Of a DNA stretch of 64,000 nucleotides, positions 39,876 through 48,868 are shown in pieces. Numbering within the stretch: the first letter of the stretch is position 1; the number at the start of each line of letters is the position of its first letter. The notes beneath the pieces were generated by a model, which saw nothing but the letters and a program-made list of their open reading frames with translations, searched no databases and was not told where the DNA came from. A program made the position numbers and the translations under genes. Source of the stretch: a virus; IMG/VR virus record IMGVR_UViG_3300013233_000246, positions 29,126 to 93,125 of that record. One strand, given 5' to 3'.

Positions 39876-39952
39876 AGCGCTGTGGAGAAGTCTGGTCTAT
39901 CTCATATGGCTCATAACCATAAGGTCGCAGTGTTCGAATCCTGCCAGCGCTA
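39876..39952 (+). tRNA. tRNA-Met(CAT)
   Basis: tatgg-CTCATAA-ccata. Confidence 0.8.
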
Positions 39953-39969
39953 CAGAATATAAAAATAAT

Positions 39970-40056
39970 AGCGGGGTATACAAGTGGTCAAAGTGCTGAG
40001 TCTCATAAGCTCAGACCGAAAGGTTTCGCTGGTTCGAATCCAGTCTCCCGCCTCCA
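39970..40056 (+). tRNA. tRNA-Met(CAT) with variable hairpin
   Basis: ctgagt-CTCATAA-gctcag, acc-gaaa-ggt, CCA. Confidence 0.75.
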
Positions 40057-40061
40057 GTAAT

Positions 40062-40135
40062 GGTAACAGGTCTACGGCGACCAACAATCTTTCATACGGA
40101 ATGTTAGCTGAGTTCGAATCTCAGTGTTACCACCA
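40062..40135 (+). tRNA. atypical tRNA (CAT)
   Basis: GGTAACA/TGTTACC-ACCA, perfect T-arm, extended irregular anticodon stem. Confidence 0.6.
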
Positions 40136-40139
40136 AATA

Positions 40140-40214
40140 GTATATCACAGTGTAGTTGGTCGTACGCCTTGGTTTGGACAAGGAAGCACGGGTTCGATCC
40201 CCCGTTGGTATGCA
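40140..40214 (+). tRNA. degenerate tRNA (anticodon TTG, uncertain)
   Basis: ccttg-GTTTGGA-caagg, acggg-TTCGATC-cccgt; weak acceptor stem. Confidence 0.5.
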
Positions 40215-40330
40215 AGATAAAGCAAACCCGTTGGCAGACGGTTCAAACTTTATCGGAAACCATCACACATAATGTGTACTTGTTGCCTGCCAGCTTCATT
40301 CTATGTTTTGTATGTGGTGTAACTTATTAT

Positions 40331-40403
40331 GGTAGTATTAGCTTAATGTAAAGCCCCTCCCTGTGAAGGAGGAAAATATCGGTTCGTTCCCGATATACTA
40401 CCC
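40331..40403 (+). tRNA. tRNA-His(GTG)
   Basis: cctcc-CTGTGAA-ggagg, C discriminator. Confidence 0.82.
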
Positions 40404-40453
40404 CGCGTGAAACTATTGTTCCTCTTTGATAAATACGTCAAAGAGGAACAATT

Positions 40454-41362
40454 ATGATAAAGAAATATCATTACATTTATAAGACTACCAATATTTTGAA
40501 CAACAAATTTTATATTGGTATGCATTCAACCGATAATTTAGATGATGGTTATATTGGTTCGGGTACATTATTGCGGCGTTCAATAAAGAAATACGGAAGA
40601 GATAAGCATAAAAAGGAAATATTGGAATATTTGGATAGTAGGGAATCACTCCACATACGCGAAAAGGAGATAGTCAATGAAAAATTATTGAATGATGTAT
40701 TAAGTATGAACCTTGCTGTTGGTGGTCAGGGTGAAGGTAGTTGGCAAAAAATAAATCAAAATAGTGAATTACAACGCCAGAAAAATAAAAAGGGGCAAAT
40801 TAAACAAGAGTGGTTACGCAAAAACGACCCTGAATGGGTAAAGCACAAGTCGGAGAAAATTAGTGCTGGCAATAAACTAGCCTTTTTAGAGGGAAGAAAA
40901 GTTAACACATTACCAGATTGGACAGGCAAAAAACATACAGAAGAGTCAAAACGAAAAATGTCTGCATCTCAAAAAGGAAAACATGTTGGTGAAAAGAATT
41001 CACAATATGGCACTAAATGGTCGTGGATTCACAAAGATGGAATCGTTAGAAAAGTTAAATACGAAGATAGAGAATCATACTTAGAAAATGGTTGGAAAAA
41101 TGGCATAAAAGAAAAATGTGATATAATCAATACTTGTAAAAAATGTAATATTGAATTTAATGCTAAGAAAAAAACCACAAAATATTGCTCTTTGGCATGT
41201 AGAAATGCCGCAAACTCTAATGAAATAGTGGATAATTTTGAAAAGCTTGAGGAAGAATATATAGAACATGGTACTTTATGTAAGGCATTTAAAATCTGCG
41301 GAATAACTAGATCTAAATCAAGATATGATATATTTTATAAATTATTAAATAGTAAAATTTGA
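40454..41362 (+). mobile_element. GIY-YIG homing endonuclease
   Basis: YIYKTTN..NNKFYIGMHST...GYIGSG; GKKHTEESKRKMS. Confidence 0.88.
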
Positions 41363-41425
41363 TTGGTATGTCAATATTTTTCAAGTGTAAATACATGTAA
41401 CTATTACAGAATTTACGAGATTAAT

Positions 41426-42547
41426 ATGAAATACGAAAAGCATATATCAAAACTTCGTCATCTTATGGTGAAGATTCAGGGAACAGATTTACAACAAGTA
41501 CTGTTACGCGCAGCAGCAAAAAGATCAGAAGAAATTGCTGATAAATTGTACACATCTGATGAAATCTTTGCAGAAGTCAAACCTAAAATTTTAAAAAACA
41601 CTAATAAACTATCATGGAATGAAAGTTTTGAATTGGTTTCAGATGCTGAAAGTTTGGCAATACTTAAACAGGAACTAATAGAAGATAACGTAGAAAGTTT
41701 CCAGTGGGAAGAAACATTATCTTCATTGTTGGAAGGGTTAACACCAACCCAACAAACAATCCTCGCGCCATTGTTAAGAAACCAACATTCATATATTCAA
41801 TCAGAAAGGGCGATGATGCCGAACCGCACCCTTGCCTCACAACATAGTTTAATGCCTGAAAGTGTATATCTTGGCATAACCAGAAGAATATTTGCAGGAA
41901 ATTTTGAAGCATCACAAGGTCTTAAAGCATTTCATGGATTAAATATTGAATTAGAAATGATACAAGCGTTTGCATCTGAGATACAGACTAAAATATCATA
42001 CGAGATAATTAGTGATCTTAAGGCACTTGCCAACAAACAAAATATAGATACAGTAAAATGTAAATCAAATGCCACAATGGAACAAAATGCAAAGAGTATA
42101 GGCATCCATATCAACATGGCAGCAAATAATATAGCATGTACCACCCGTCGTGGGGCTGGTAACTGGATTGTTGTTTCACCAACAATGCTTTCGGTATTGC
42201 AAGAGTCTAATAGTTATAAACAATCAGACGCAGAAGAATTTGGATTGTTTGGTGAGTTGATGGAAGTGGGAACGTTAAATAAGATAATCAAAGTCTTTTC
42301 GGCACCACACTTTGCTGATGATGAAATATTAGTAGGTTATAAAGGTGGTAATGGTGAAATTGATACTGGATACATCTATTGTCCATATGTGGCACTGATG
42401 ACAGATGGCTTGGCTATGCATCCAATGACATATGAACAATCAATGCGTTTTATGACAAGATATGGTAAATTTATTACAGAAAAAGCGGAAGCGTATTACC
42501 GTAATATTAAAGTAGGAAGTGATTTACTTATTACCAAAAAAGAATAA
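41426..42547 (+). CDS. divergent gp23 major-capsid-protein paralogue
   Basis: TRRGAGNWIVVSP, VGYKG..E.DTGYIYCPYV, FMTRYG. Confidence 0.8.
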   Translation: MKYEKHISKLRHLMVKIQGTDLQQVLLRAAAKRSEEIADKLYTSDEIFAEVKPKILKNTNKLSWNESFELVSDAESLAILKQELIEDNVESFQWEETLSSLLEGLTPTQQTILAPLLRNQHSYIQSERAMMPNRTLASQHSLMPESVYLGITRRIFAGNFEASQGLKAFHGLNIELEMIQAFASEIQTKISYEIISDLKALANKQNIDTVKCKSNATMEQNAKSIGIHINMAANNIACTTRRGAGNWIVVSPTMLSVLQESNSYKQSDAEEFGLFGELMEVGTLNKIIKVFSAPHFADDEILVGYKGGNGEIDTGYIYCPYVALMTDGLAMHPMTYEQSMRFMTRYGKFITEKAEAYYRNIKVGSDLLITKKE

Positions 42548-42549
42548 TT

Positions 42550-42625
42550 GGAACTCTGGCAGTGATGGTTCATGCGCCCGGTTGAAGCCCGGTATATCAC
42601 GGTTCGATCCCGTGGGGTTCCACCA
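42550..42625 (+). tRNA. tRNA-Phe(GAA)
   Basis: ccgg-TTGAAGC-ccgg, ACCA. Confidence 0.85.
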
Positions 42626-42657
42626 TTTTTAACCCAATTGATATAAATACCTTCAAA

Positions 42658-43026
42658 ATGGAGGATATTATGTGGTTAGGTGAATTTGTAAAAAATAATC
42701 CGTTTAAAACGGTAACAGGTATATTAGCTATAATTTCAGCATTAAGTACTGGTGTATATCAATTATATTCAACAGGTAATGAAATATTGGACAATTATGC
42801 CACGAAAGAAGATGTATTTAATTCCAAGCGTTCTACGTCATTAGAAATTTTAGATGTATCTATCATGAATTATGAAGATAATTTGATGATTTTAGACTTT
42901 AAGATTGAAGATGGTGTTGCAACCAACACAGATAAAGCAGATAAAAGAAATATTGTGCGTAGGTTACAAGATTTAAAACAAAAGCGCACTTTATTGGAGA
43001 ATAAAAAATATGGTGAACATAATTAA
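42658..43026 (+). CDS. membrane-anchored coiled-coil protein
   Basis: N-terminal hydrophobic helix; late promoter. Confidence 0.55.
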   Translation: MEDIMWLGEFVKNNPFKTVTGILAIISALSTGVYQLYSTGNEILDNYATKEDVFNSKRSTSLEILDVSIMNYEDNLMILDFKIEDGVATNTDKADKRNIVRRLQDLKQKRTLLENKKYGEHN

Positions 43027-43291
43027 AAGATTTGTTATTATTTTGATAGTATGTTTCATATTGGCACCATTATCCGCTATTGGTTCTGATAGTAAGATCG
43101 ATGCCTTTTATACAGAAGCGTATGAAGTGTATGAAGGCGAACTGGAATATAGAATACAAGAAATTGAAGATCGTGAAAAGGAAAGAAAACTTTCTGATTA
43201 TGATAAAAGGTATAAAAGATATCTTCAACAACGTCTTCAAAAGATAAATAGTCGAGATTATCAGCGCGAACAACAAAGATACGACTATTAG
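43010..43291 (+). CDS. signal-peptide-bearing small protein
   Basis: Hydrophobic N-terminus, coupled to previous gene. Confidence 0.5.
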   Translation: MVNIIKRFVIILIVCFILAPLSAIGSDSKIDAFYTEAYEVYEGELEYRIQEIEDREKERKLSDYDKRYKRYLQQRLQKINSRDYQREQQRYDY

Positions 43292-43374
43292 CCGTATATC
43301 AAATTAGGAAGATAACCGCTCACACCACGCATATTGCAAGCGGAAATGTCATGTTGTTTTCCTTTCTAAACAAT

Positions 43375-43454
43375 GCCCTTGTATACCCTCACGCTACGAA
43401 CGTGTTGAAAGGTTAACTGGACACATGCAGGTTCGAACCCTGCCAAGGGTGCCA
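43375..43454 (+). ncRNA. rearranged (D-armless) tRNA-Arg(ACG)-like RNA
   Basis: GCCCTTG/CAAGGGT-GCCA; cacg-CTACGAA-cgtg only 8 nt after the acceptor strand; canonical T-arm. Confidence 0.7.
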
Positions 43455-43511
43455 AATAACTGTCTGGACAAAACTGTAGGTTTGGATTTGTGAAAACTAT
43501 AAATACATTAT

Positions 43512-44218
43512 ATGAATTACAATAACCACTATAACAAATTAATAACTCGTGCGAAATCACAAAATAGGAAAAAGGGTTATGGTGTGTATTATGAACAGCA
43601 CCACATATTACCTGAATGTATGGGTGGTACAAACAACCAAAATAATTTGGTGCTTCTTACATCAAGGGAACACTTTATAGCTCATATACTTCTTATAAAA
43701 ATGCACCCAAACCAACATGGTCTTATATATGCAGTTAATAAAATGTGTAGGTTTAACAAACATCAACGCAGATCAAAAAATAGAATGTATGGTTGGTTGA
43801 AGGAGAAATTTTCAAGAGAAGTTTCCCATAGGCAATCGGGAAATAATAATTCCCAATATGGAACGTGCTGGATATTTAATGAAGAATTAGAAATATCCAA
43901 GAAAGTGGTGAAGCGTGAACTTGAAGAATATCTGATTGATGGATGGCAATCTGGTAGGGTTGTAGACTTTTTGAAATATAAAGAAAATATTTTAAAAAAG
44001 ATAAGATTGAAAAAGATAAAATGATTAAAAAAACTCTTAAACGTGAGTATTATATTGGGCTTTATAATGATTTTATGAAAAGTGATTGTACGTCAATTCG
44101 TGAATTTCAGCGCAATAACGACCTAAAAATACAAAGTTTGATAGATAATTGGAGAAAATATATTAAAGATTTTTCACCAAGAAGAAGTATAGAATATAAA
44201 AAAACATTGGAGCCATAG
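43512..44218 (+). mobile_element. HNH homing endonuclease (C-terminal part possibly frameshifted near 44010)
   Basis: YEQHHILPECMGG.N...NLV.LT.REHFIAH. Confidence 0.8.
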
Positions 44219-44284
44219 CATAACTGGTAGTGCACTTCCCTGTCACGGAAGAGGGTGCGAGTTCGAACCTCGTTGGTTTCGCCA
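44209..44284 (+). tRNA. tRNA-Asp(GTC)
   Basis: cttcc-CTGTCAC-ggaag, GCCA. Confidence 0.9.
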
Positions 44285-44290
44285 AATTAT

Positions 44291-44344
44291 AATGTATCAT
44301 ATAGTATACATTTTACCCCCTTAATGTATACTATATGATACATT
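44291..44344. repeat. 22-bp perfect inverted repeat with 10-nt loop
   Basis: aatgtatcatatagtatacatt-ttaccccctt-aatgtatactatatgatacatt. Confidence 0.85.
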
Positions 44345-44432
44345 GCAAATAGCTTGATCGTGAATGCTAACACATACAACTTAGACCTGTGATTATAGAA
44401 TAGTTAAAAGCATTCATAGAACTATTTATCAT

Positions 44433-44510
44433 ACCCTCGTAACCCAATTGGCAGAGGTGGCTGGTTTAGACCCAGTTTATGTGTCGGTTCGACTCCGACC
44501 GAGGGTACCA
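44433..44510 (+). tRNA. tRNA-Leu(TAG), short variable region
   Basis: gctgg-TTTAGAC-ccagt, ACCA. Confidence 0.85.
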
Positions 44511-44512
44511 AT

Positions 44513-44631
44513 AGTAAAGTGGCGGAACTGGTATACGCTACAGCACGCCAAGTGTCTGTTTGTCAGATGATGTAATCTGGCTGCTAATAAGTGGGAAATC
44601 CATTGCAGGTTCGAGTCCTGTCTTTGCGCCA
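44513..44631 (+). ncRNA. tRNA-like RNA with branched domain replacing the anticodon arm
   Basis: D-arm gcggaactggtatacgc, T-arm gcagg-TTCGAGT-cctgt, GCCA end. Confidence 0.65.
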
Positions 44632-44703
44632 AATAAAGTGTTGCTTTAATGTTATAGTTATGTTATAATCACATTTCAATTAACTTTTAAAGAGTAAGAA
44701 ATT

Positions 44704-45222
44704 ATGGAATTTGCATTAGGAATGTTCGCAGGCTTGATCTTGTGGCCGTGGTGGGGATTGGGTATTTTCATATTATTGTGTATTGTCGATTCCGTTTTGG
44801 TCGAAAATGAAAATGCTTCATTTGGTACTGGCATGATGGTTGTAGGTACCGCAATGCTTGTTTGGTTGGCTGGTGATATGAACCCATTTGTCCTTGCATG
44901 GGACAATTTTGGTAATATACTTAAGTTTTTCGTTGTATATTTTGCTGTTGGTGGATTATGGTCAATTGCCAAATGGTATCTTTATCTTATTGGCGTGCGT
45001 GATGATATGCGCCAACGTGGTGAAAAGAAACGTCCATGTAGAACATATGCAAGAAACAATCAGGCAAGAATATACGCATGGATTGGTCATTGGCCGTTCA
45101 GTATGATTGGTTCTTTGTTTGGTGACTTCTTAGGTCGTATTGTTAAAATGATTTATCGTTCTTTGACAAACTTATATGACAGAATGGCGAATAACATATT
45201 TAAAGATTTTGAATCTGAATAA
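44704..45222 (+). CDS. multi-pass membrane protein
   Basis: Several hydrophobic helices; TTGCTT-17-TATAAT promoter upstream. Confidence 0.65.
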   Translation: MEFALGMFAGLILWPWWGLGIFILLCIVDSVLVENENASFGTGMMVVGTAMLVWLAGDMNPFVLAWDNFGNILKFFVVYFAVGGLWSIAKWYLYLIGVRDDMRQRGEKKRPCRTYARNNQARIYAWIGHWPFSMIGSLFGDFLGRIVKMIYRSLTNLYDRMANNIFKDFESE

Positions 45223-45282
45223 TATATAAGTAGTACAATGTTAAAAATAAATGCCACTGACTTTGTTAGTGACATTTTTAAT

Positions 45283-45355
45283 GCGGGTTTGGTGTTTAAT
45301 GGTAGCATGGGAGTTTTCCAAACTTTTGGTATGGGTTCGAATCCCGTAACCCGCT
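45283..45355 (+). tRNA. tRNA-Gly(TCC)
   Basis: Loop TTTCCAA; GCGGGTT/AACCCGC. Confidence 0.85.
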
Positions 45356-45404
45356 CAAAAAGACTTGACAAATAGGTTATGATGTGTTATAGTTGTACGC
45401 ATAT

Positions 45405-45554
45405 TCTCCGTGTAGCTCAGTTGATAGAGCGCTGCCGCTGAAGTTTCGAAACTTGGCAGAGGTCGTGTAGGAAGGTAAAGGCTTATTATTGTGTGGTGAT
45501 ATCCACATAACCGGTGCTAATACTAACCGATGGTTTGAGTCCCGCCACGGAGAC
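45405..45554 (+). ncRNA. tRNA-like RNA with ~60-nt insertion in the T-stem
   Basis: TCTCCGTG/CACGGAGA, canonical D-arm TAGCTCAGTTGATAGAGC; own sigma70 promoter 45365-45393. Confidence 0.65.
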
Positions 45555-45591
45555 TGAGGACGTTTTATTAATACTTCAAAGAGGAATAAAT

Positions 45592-46281
45592 ATGCCAAGA
45601 AAGCAAAAGAAATACCATTACATTTATAAAACTACCAATATATTAAATTATAAGTTTTATATTGGAATGCATTCAACTGATGACTTAGATGATGGGTATG
45701 TTGGTTCTGGTAAAAGACTTTGATATTCAATAAACAAACATGGAAAAGAAAATCACAAGACTGAAATATTAGAATATCTTCCAGATAGGGAATCACTCAG
45801 GAATAGAGAAGAAGAAATAGTCAATGATGAATTGTTAAATGAAGAGTTGTGTATGAATTTAATTGTTGGTGGTAATGAACATTGTGAGCAATTTAATACT
45901 CCAGAAGGCATTGAACGCCGCAGGGATTCAATTAATAAATGGATGAAATCAAAACAACAAGGCTGGCACAAAAAATATCATAACGACGAAGAATTTAGGA
46001 ATAATTGGAAATTGCATTTAAACAAAATGTTAGAGAAACGATTGGCAATGCCACGTTCCACATTTCAGACTTTTCTTGGAAAGCATCATACACAAGAAAC
46101 AAAAGATAAGATGTCTAAAGCAAAAAAGGGCATAGATAAGTATTGCGGTAAAAATCATTCACAATATGGTACTTGTTGGATTTATTCGCTACAACAGGTG
46201 AAAAGCATCAAGATTAAAAATAACCAATTGAATGAATATATTAATAATGGTTGGATTAAAGGCAGAAAGATGAAATTTTAA
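45592..46281 (+). pseudogene. GIY-YIG homing endonuclease with in-frame TGA (45721-45723)
   Basis: GSGKRL*YSINKHGKENH; paralogue of the 40454 gene. Confidence 0.85.
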
Positions 46282-46328
46282 TATTTTGTTGACAAATGGG
46301 TTACGTTGTGTTATAGTTTATCTTAACA

Positions 46329-46480
46329 AAGAGTGCTTACGGTGTGTGGCTGAAGCCACTGCAACGTGTAGGAAGGTAGTAATAGGGCAGACGTGTCTTA
46401 TCATTTATTATCATGCAGCCTTGCTTGTGAGTTGATTGCCCCACAAGGGAAAACATTAACCGCACACCGCAAGCACTCTT
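46329..46480 (+). ncRNA. structured ncRNA of unknown family
   Basis: Long closing stem aagagtgcttacggtgtg/cacaccgcaagcactctt; sigma70 promoter 46289-46317. Confidence 0.65.
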
Positions 46481-46501
46481 ATTTTAACTTAGGAAAATAT
46501 T

Positions 46502-46915
46502 ATGAAATTCACATAGAACGAAAAGCTTGGTTTAAAAGAAGATCCTTATCTGACCCGTTGGGTTATTGATTTAGGATTCATATCATTTAGGTTACATCAT
46601 TGGAAACACTCTGATGATTTGCGCCATCCACATGACCATCCTTGGTCGTTCATCACATTTATCCTTTGGGGTAAATATGAAGATGTTTCACCAGCAGGAA
46701 ACGACATCTGTTCTACTGGTAGTATAAAATTTAGAAAAGCGGAACACCAACATAGTGTCAAGGTATTGACTAAACATTGTTGGACGTTACTCATCACTGG
46801 TCCAGAACGAAGACTTTGGGGTTTTTGGGTAAACGGTAAGTTTCGCAAACGCAATAAATACTTTTACGAATATGGACATCATCTTCCAGATGGTACCAGT
46901 AAACGAAGAGATTAA
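46502..46915 (+). pseudogene. cupin-like protein with in-frame TAG at codon 5
   Basis: AGGA SD; MKFT*NEKLG..PYLTRW..RLHH..SDDLRHPHDHPW. Confidence 0.7.
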
Positions 46916-46972
46916 TATGAAAATATATCACAATTATGATTCACGCTCGTATATTTTACGAGGAGAATCAAA

Positions 46973-47290
46973 ATGTCCAGAACATACAGAAGAAAGAATG
47001 CGCACGAAGAATATAGTTGCACTTACGAAGACGATTTAGTATCTTTAGAAGGCGGTGGCTATGATTGGCATCGCCGTTTTTTGAAAGGCAAAGAACTTAA
47101 ACAAGCATTAGCAGATTACCATTCCGATACTTCGCAGTGGAACTGGAACGTTCCTAAAGATTTTATACGTGCTAAAAACGTAGAAGTTCGTAGAAAAAAT
47201 AAAGCTATCTTTGATCGTTCCATTCGCGACGATAATGACGAACCCGTGTTCATCCCTTATATTCACAATGCTGCATATGATTATTGGTAA
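46973..47290 (+). CDS. hypothetical protein (MSRTYRRK)
   Basis: GAGGAG SD. Confidence 0.65.
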   Translation: MSRTYRRKNAHEEYSCTYEDDLVSLEGGGYDWHRRFLKGKELKQALADYHSDTSQWNWNVPKDFIRAKNVEVRRKNKAIFDRSIRDDNDEPVFIPYIHNAAYDYW

Positions 47291-47355
47291 AAATTGTTTG
47301 ACATATAATTGTCTATTTGCTAAAGTATCGTCTAAATTAAACAAAGGAAAAAGAA

Positions 47356-47550
47356 ATGCCCAAAAGTAAAAAAGTTACAAAAGTGGATGGACATACAGTC
47401 CGTTCTAAGAATCCAATGAGGCTTCGTATTGGAACACGTAAAACTGGTAAATCGGCAGTACAGATGTCAACGCCAGAATTGCAAGCAGTGCTAGAAGAAA
47501 ACGATAAACGAAAGGGCTGTGCAATGCAAACAGAATTAGATAAACCCTAG
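47356..47550 (+). CDS. small basic protein
   Basis: AAGGA SD; TTGACA promoter at 47298. Confidence 0.55.
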   Translation: MPKSKKVTKVDGHTVRSKNPMRLRIGTRKTGKSAVQMSTPELQAVLEENDKRKGCAMQTELDKP

Positions 47551-47627
47551 TCTATTATATTCGGGTCGCTGCCAATAGATGAATGGTTACCGTTATACAG
47601 AATCCTGGCTACTGAAGTGATAATCTT

Positions 47628-47710
47628 GCCCCGCTACGCAAATTGGCAAAGCGGCTTCATTCAAAATGAAGTGATGTTGTTTCTCGGTTCGACTCCGAGG
47701 TGGGGCACCA
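47628..47710 (+). tRNA. tRNA-Leu(CAA)
   Basis: cttca-TTCAAAA-tgaag, ACCA. Confidence 0.85.
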
Positions 47711-47728
47711 ATCATCATAAATAGAATC

Positions 47729-48112
47729 ATGGATATTATATTAGTCAATGATTTTATTAGTGATTTAAGGGTTGAATCTGTTAAGCTTCATCTTCAATTA
47801 TCGTCACCATCAGACATTTCCCAAAGTAACGATGTTTTGGGAATGCTTATTGATGGGGAATTGGATCCATCGTATACTATGACCGTTATCCGCGATGCTA
47901 TGGTAGAACTGCGCGAAGTGAAAGATTTAAAAGGACTACATAAAATCTATGATTTGTGGAATAAAACACGAATTAAGATACAATACGATGGTTATGGTTT
48001 TGCGCGTGAAGGCGCAAAACGCCGTGGACAGGCATATGCATATATTTTCATGATTCGGGTTTTAAAACAGCGCCACAAAAGGCTATACAATTTCATGAAA
48101 ATAGAACATTAG
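47729..48112 (+). CDS. hypothetical protein
   Basis: ORF after CATAAATA. Confidence 0.5.
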   Translation: MDIILVNDFISDLRVESVKLHLQLSSPSDISQSNDVLGMLIDGELDPSYTMTVIRDAMVELREVKDLKGLHKIYDLWNKTRIKIQYDGYGFAREGAKRRGQAYAYIFMIRVLKQRHKRLYNFMKIEH

Positions 48113-48129
48113 ATTATAAATAGTTACAT

Positions 48130-48203
48130 GCGAGTATAGTACAACGGTAGTACATGGCGTTGCCAACGCTAAGATGAGGGTCCGATTCCCTTTACTCGCT
48201 CCA
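48130..48203 (+). tRNA. tRNA-Gly(GCC)
   Basis: tggcg-TTGCCAA-cgcta, TCCA. Confidence 0.85.
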
Positions 48204-48204
48204 C

Positions 48205-48297
48205 GGAGAGTTGACAGAGCTGGCTTATTGTGGCACTTTGCTAAAGTGTTGGGGAGCGAAAGCTTCCCCATGGGTTCGAATCCCATACTCTCCTCCA
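48205..48297 (+). tRNA. tRNA-Ser(GCT)
   Basis: gcact-TTGCTAA-agtgt, long variable arm, CCA. Confidence 0.88.
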
Positions 48298-48304
48298 AAA
48301 TAAT

Positions 48305-48374
48305 ACCCCTATCAGCGGCTGGCTTCGAGGTTTCGACCCTTGATTGAAACGTTCAACTCGTTTTGGGGGTGCCA
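48305..48374 (+). tRNA. compact atypical tRNA-Arg(TCG)
   Basis: tcgagg-TTTCGAC-ccttga, shrunken D-arm, GCCA. Confidence 0.6.
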
Positions 48375-48417
48375 ATTAACTTTTGGTATAAATACAATAA
48401 AACAATGGAGATTATAA

Positions 48418-48837
48418 ATGTTATTAGAACAAATTAAAAACATTGAAGAAAAAGATGAAGAATTTGAAAGTGAGTATAATAACTTAGTAGAAAGTATTTC
48501 GGTGCTTTTAGAAGATCTTGGAATGTCCACCTCCGGTGGTAGAATGAAACCACCAGGGATGGTAGATGATAAAATACGTAGGCAGGGTATGCCAGATGAT
48601 GATAAAGAACTCGAAAATGCATTAAATGACATCGTAAAGCAATTACAAGCAGCAAAAAAAGCAATGGGGATGTTGAATAAAATGGCAGATAGCCCTTTCA
48701 GAACTAAACATCGTTCACGTGTTATGAGTAATTTAAATAGAATACGTGGATCATATCAAAGAATTATGAAAATGGTGCCAGATACTTCTGATCGTGGAAA
48801 TTATGATGATGTGCATAGTCATCCATCAGATGTATAA
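48418..48837 (+). CDS. hypothetical late protein
   Basis: TATAAATA and GGAG SD. Confidence 0.6.
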   Translation: MLLEQIKNIEEKDEEFESEYNNLVESISVLLEDLGMSTSGGRMKPPGMVDDKIRRQGMPDDDKELENALNDIVKQLQAAKKAMGMLNKMADSPFRTKHRSRVMSNLNRIRGSYQRIMKMVPDTSDRGNYDDVHSHPSDV

Positions 48838-48868
48838 ATAATAAGTAATAATTAATAAGGAACTAAAA

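Noticed and set aside
44513-45554. tmRNA
   Set aside because: The tRNA-like elements are too short and lack an Ala acceptor and tag reading frame.
24837-46516. Genome-wide stop-codon reassignment (code 15 or 4)
   Set aside because: TAA, TAG and TGA all terminate intact genes, long ORFs are open in code 11, and the internal stops are of three different types.
38389-47710. Suppressor or Sec tRNAs (loops containing tta, tca or cta)
   Set aside because: Correct 7-nt loop registers give Leu(TAA), Leu(CAA), Glu(TTC) and Arg(TCT), not TTA, TCA or CTA.
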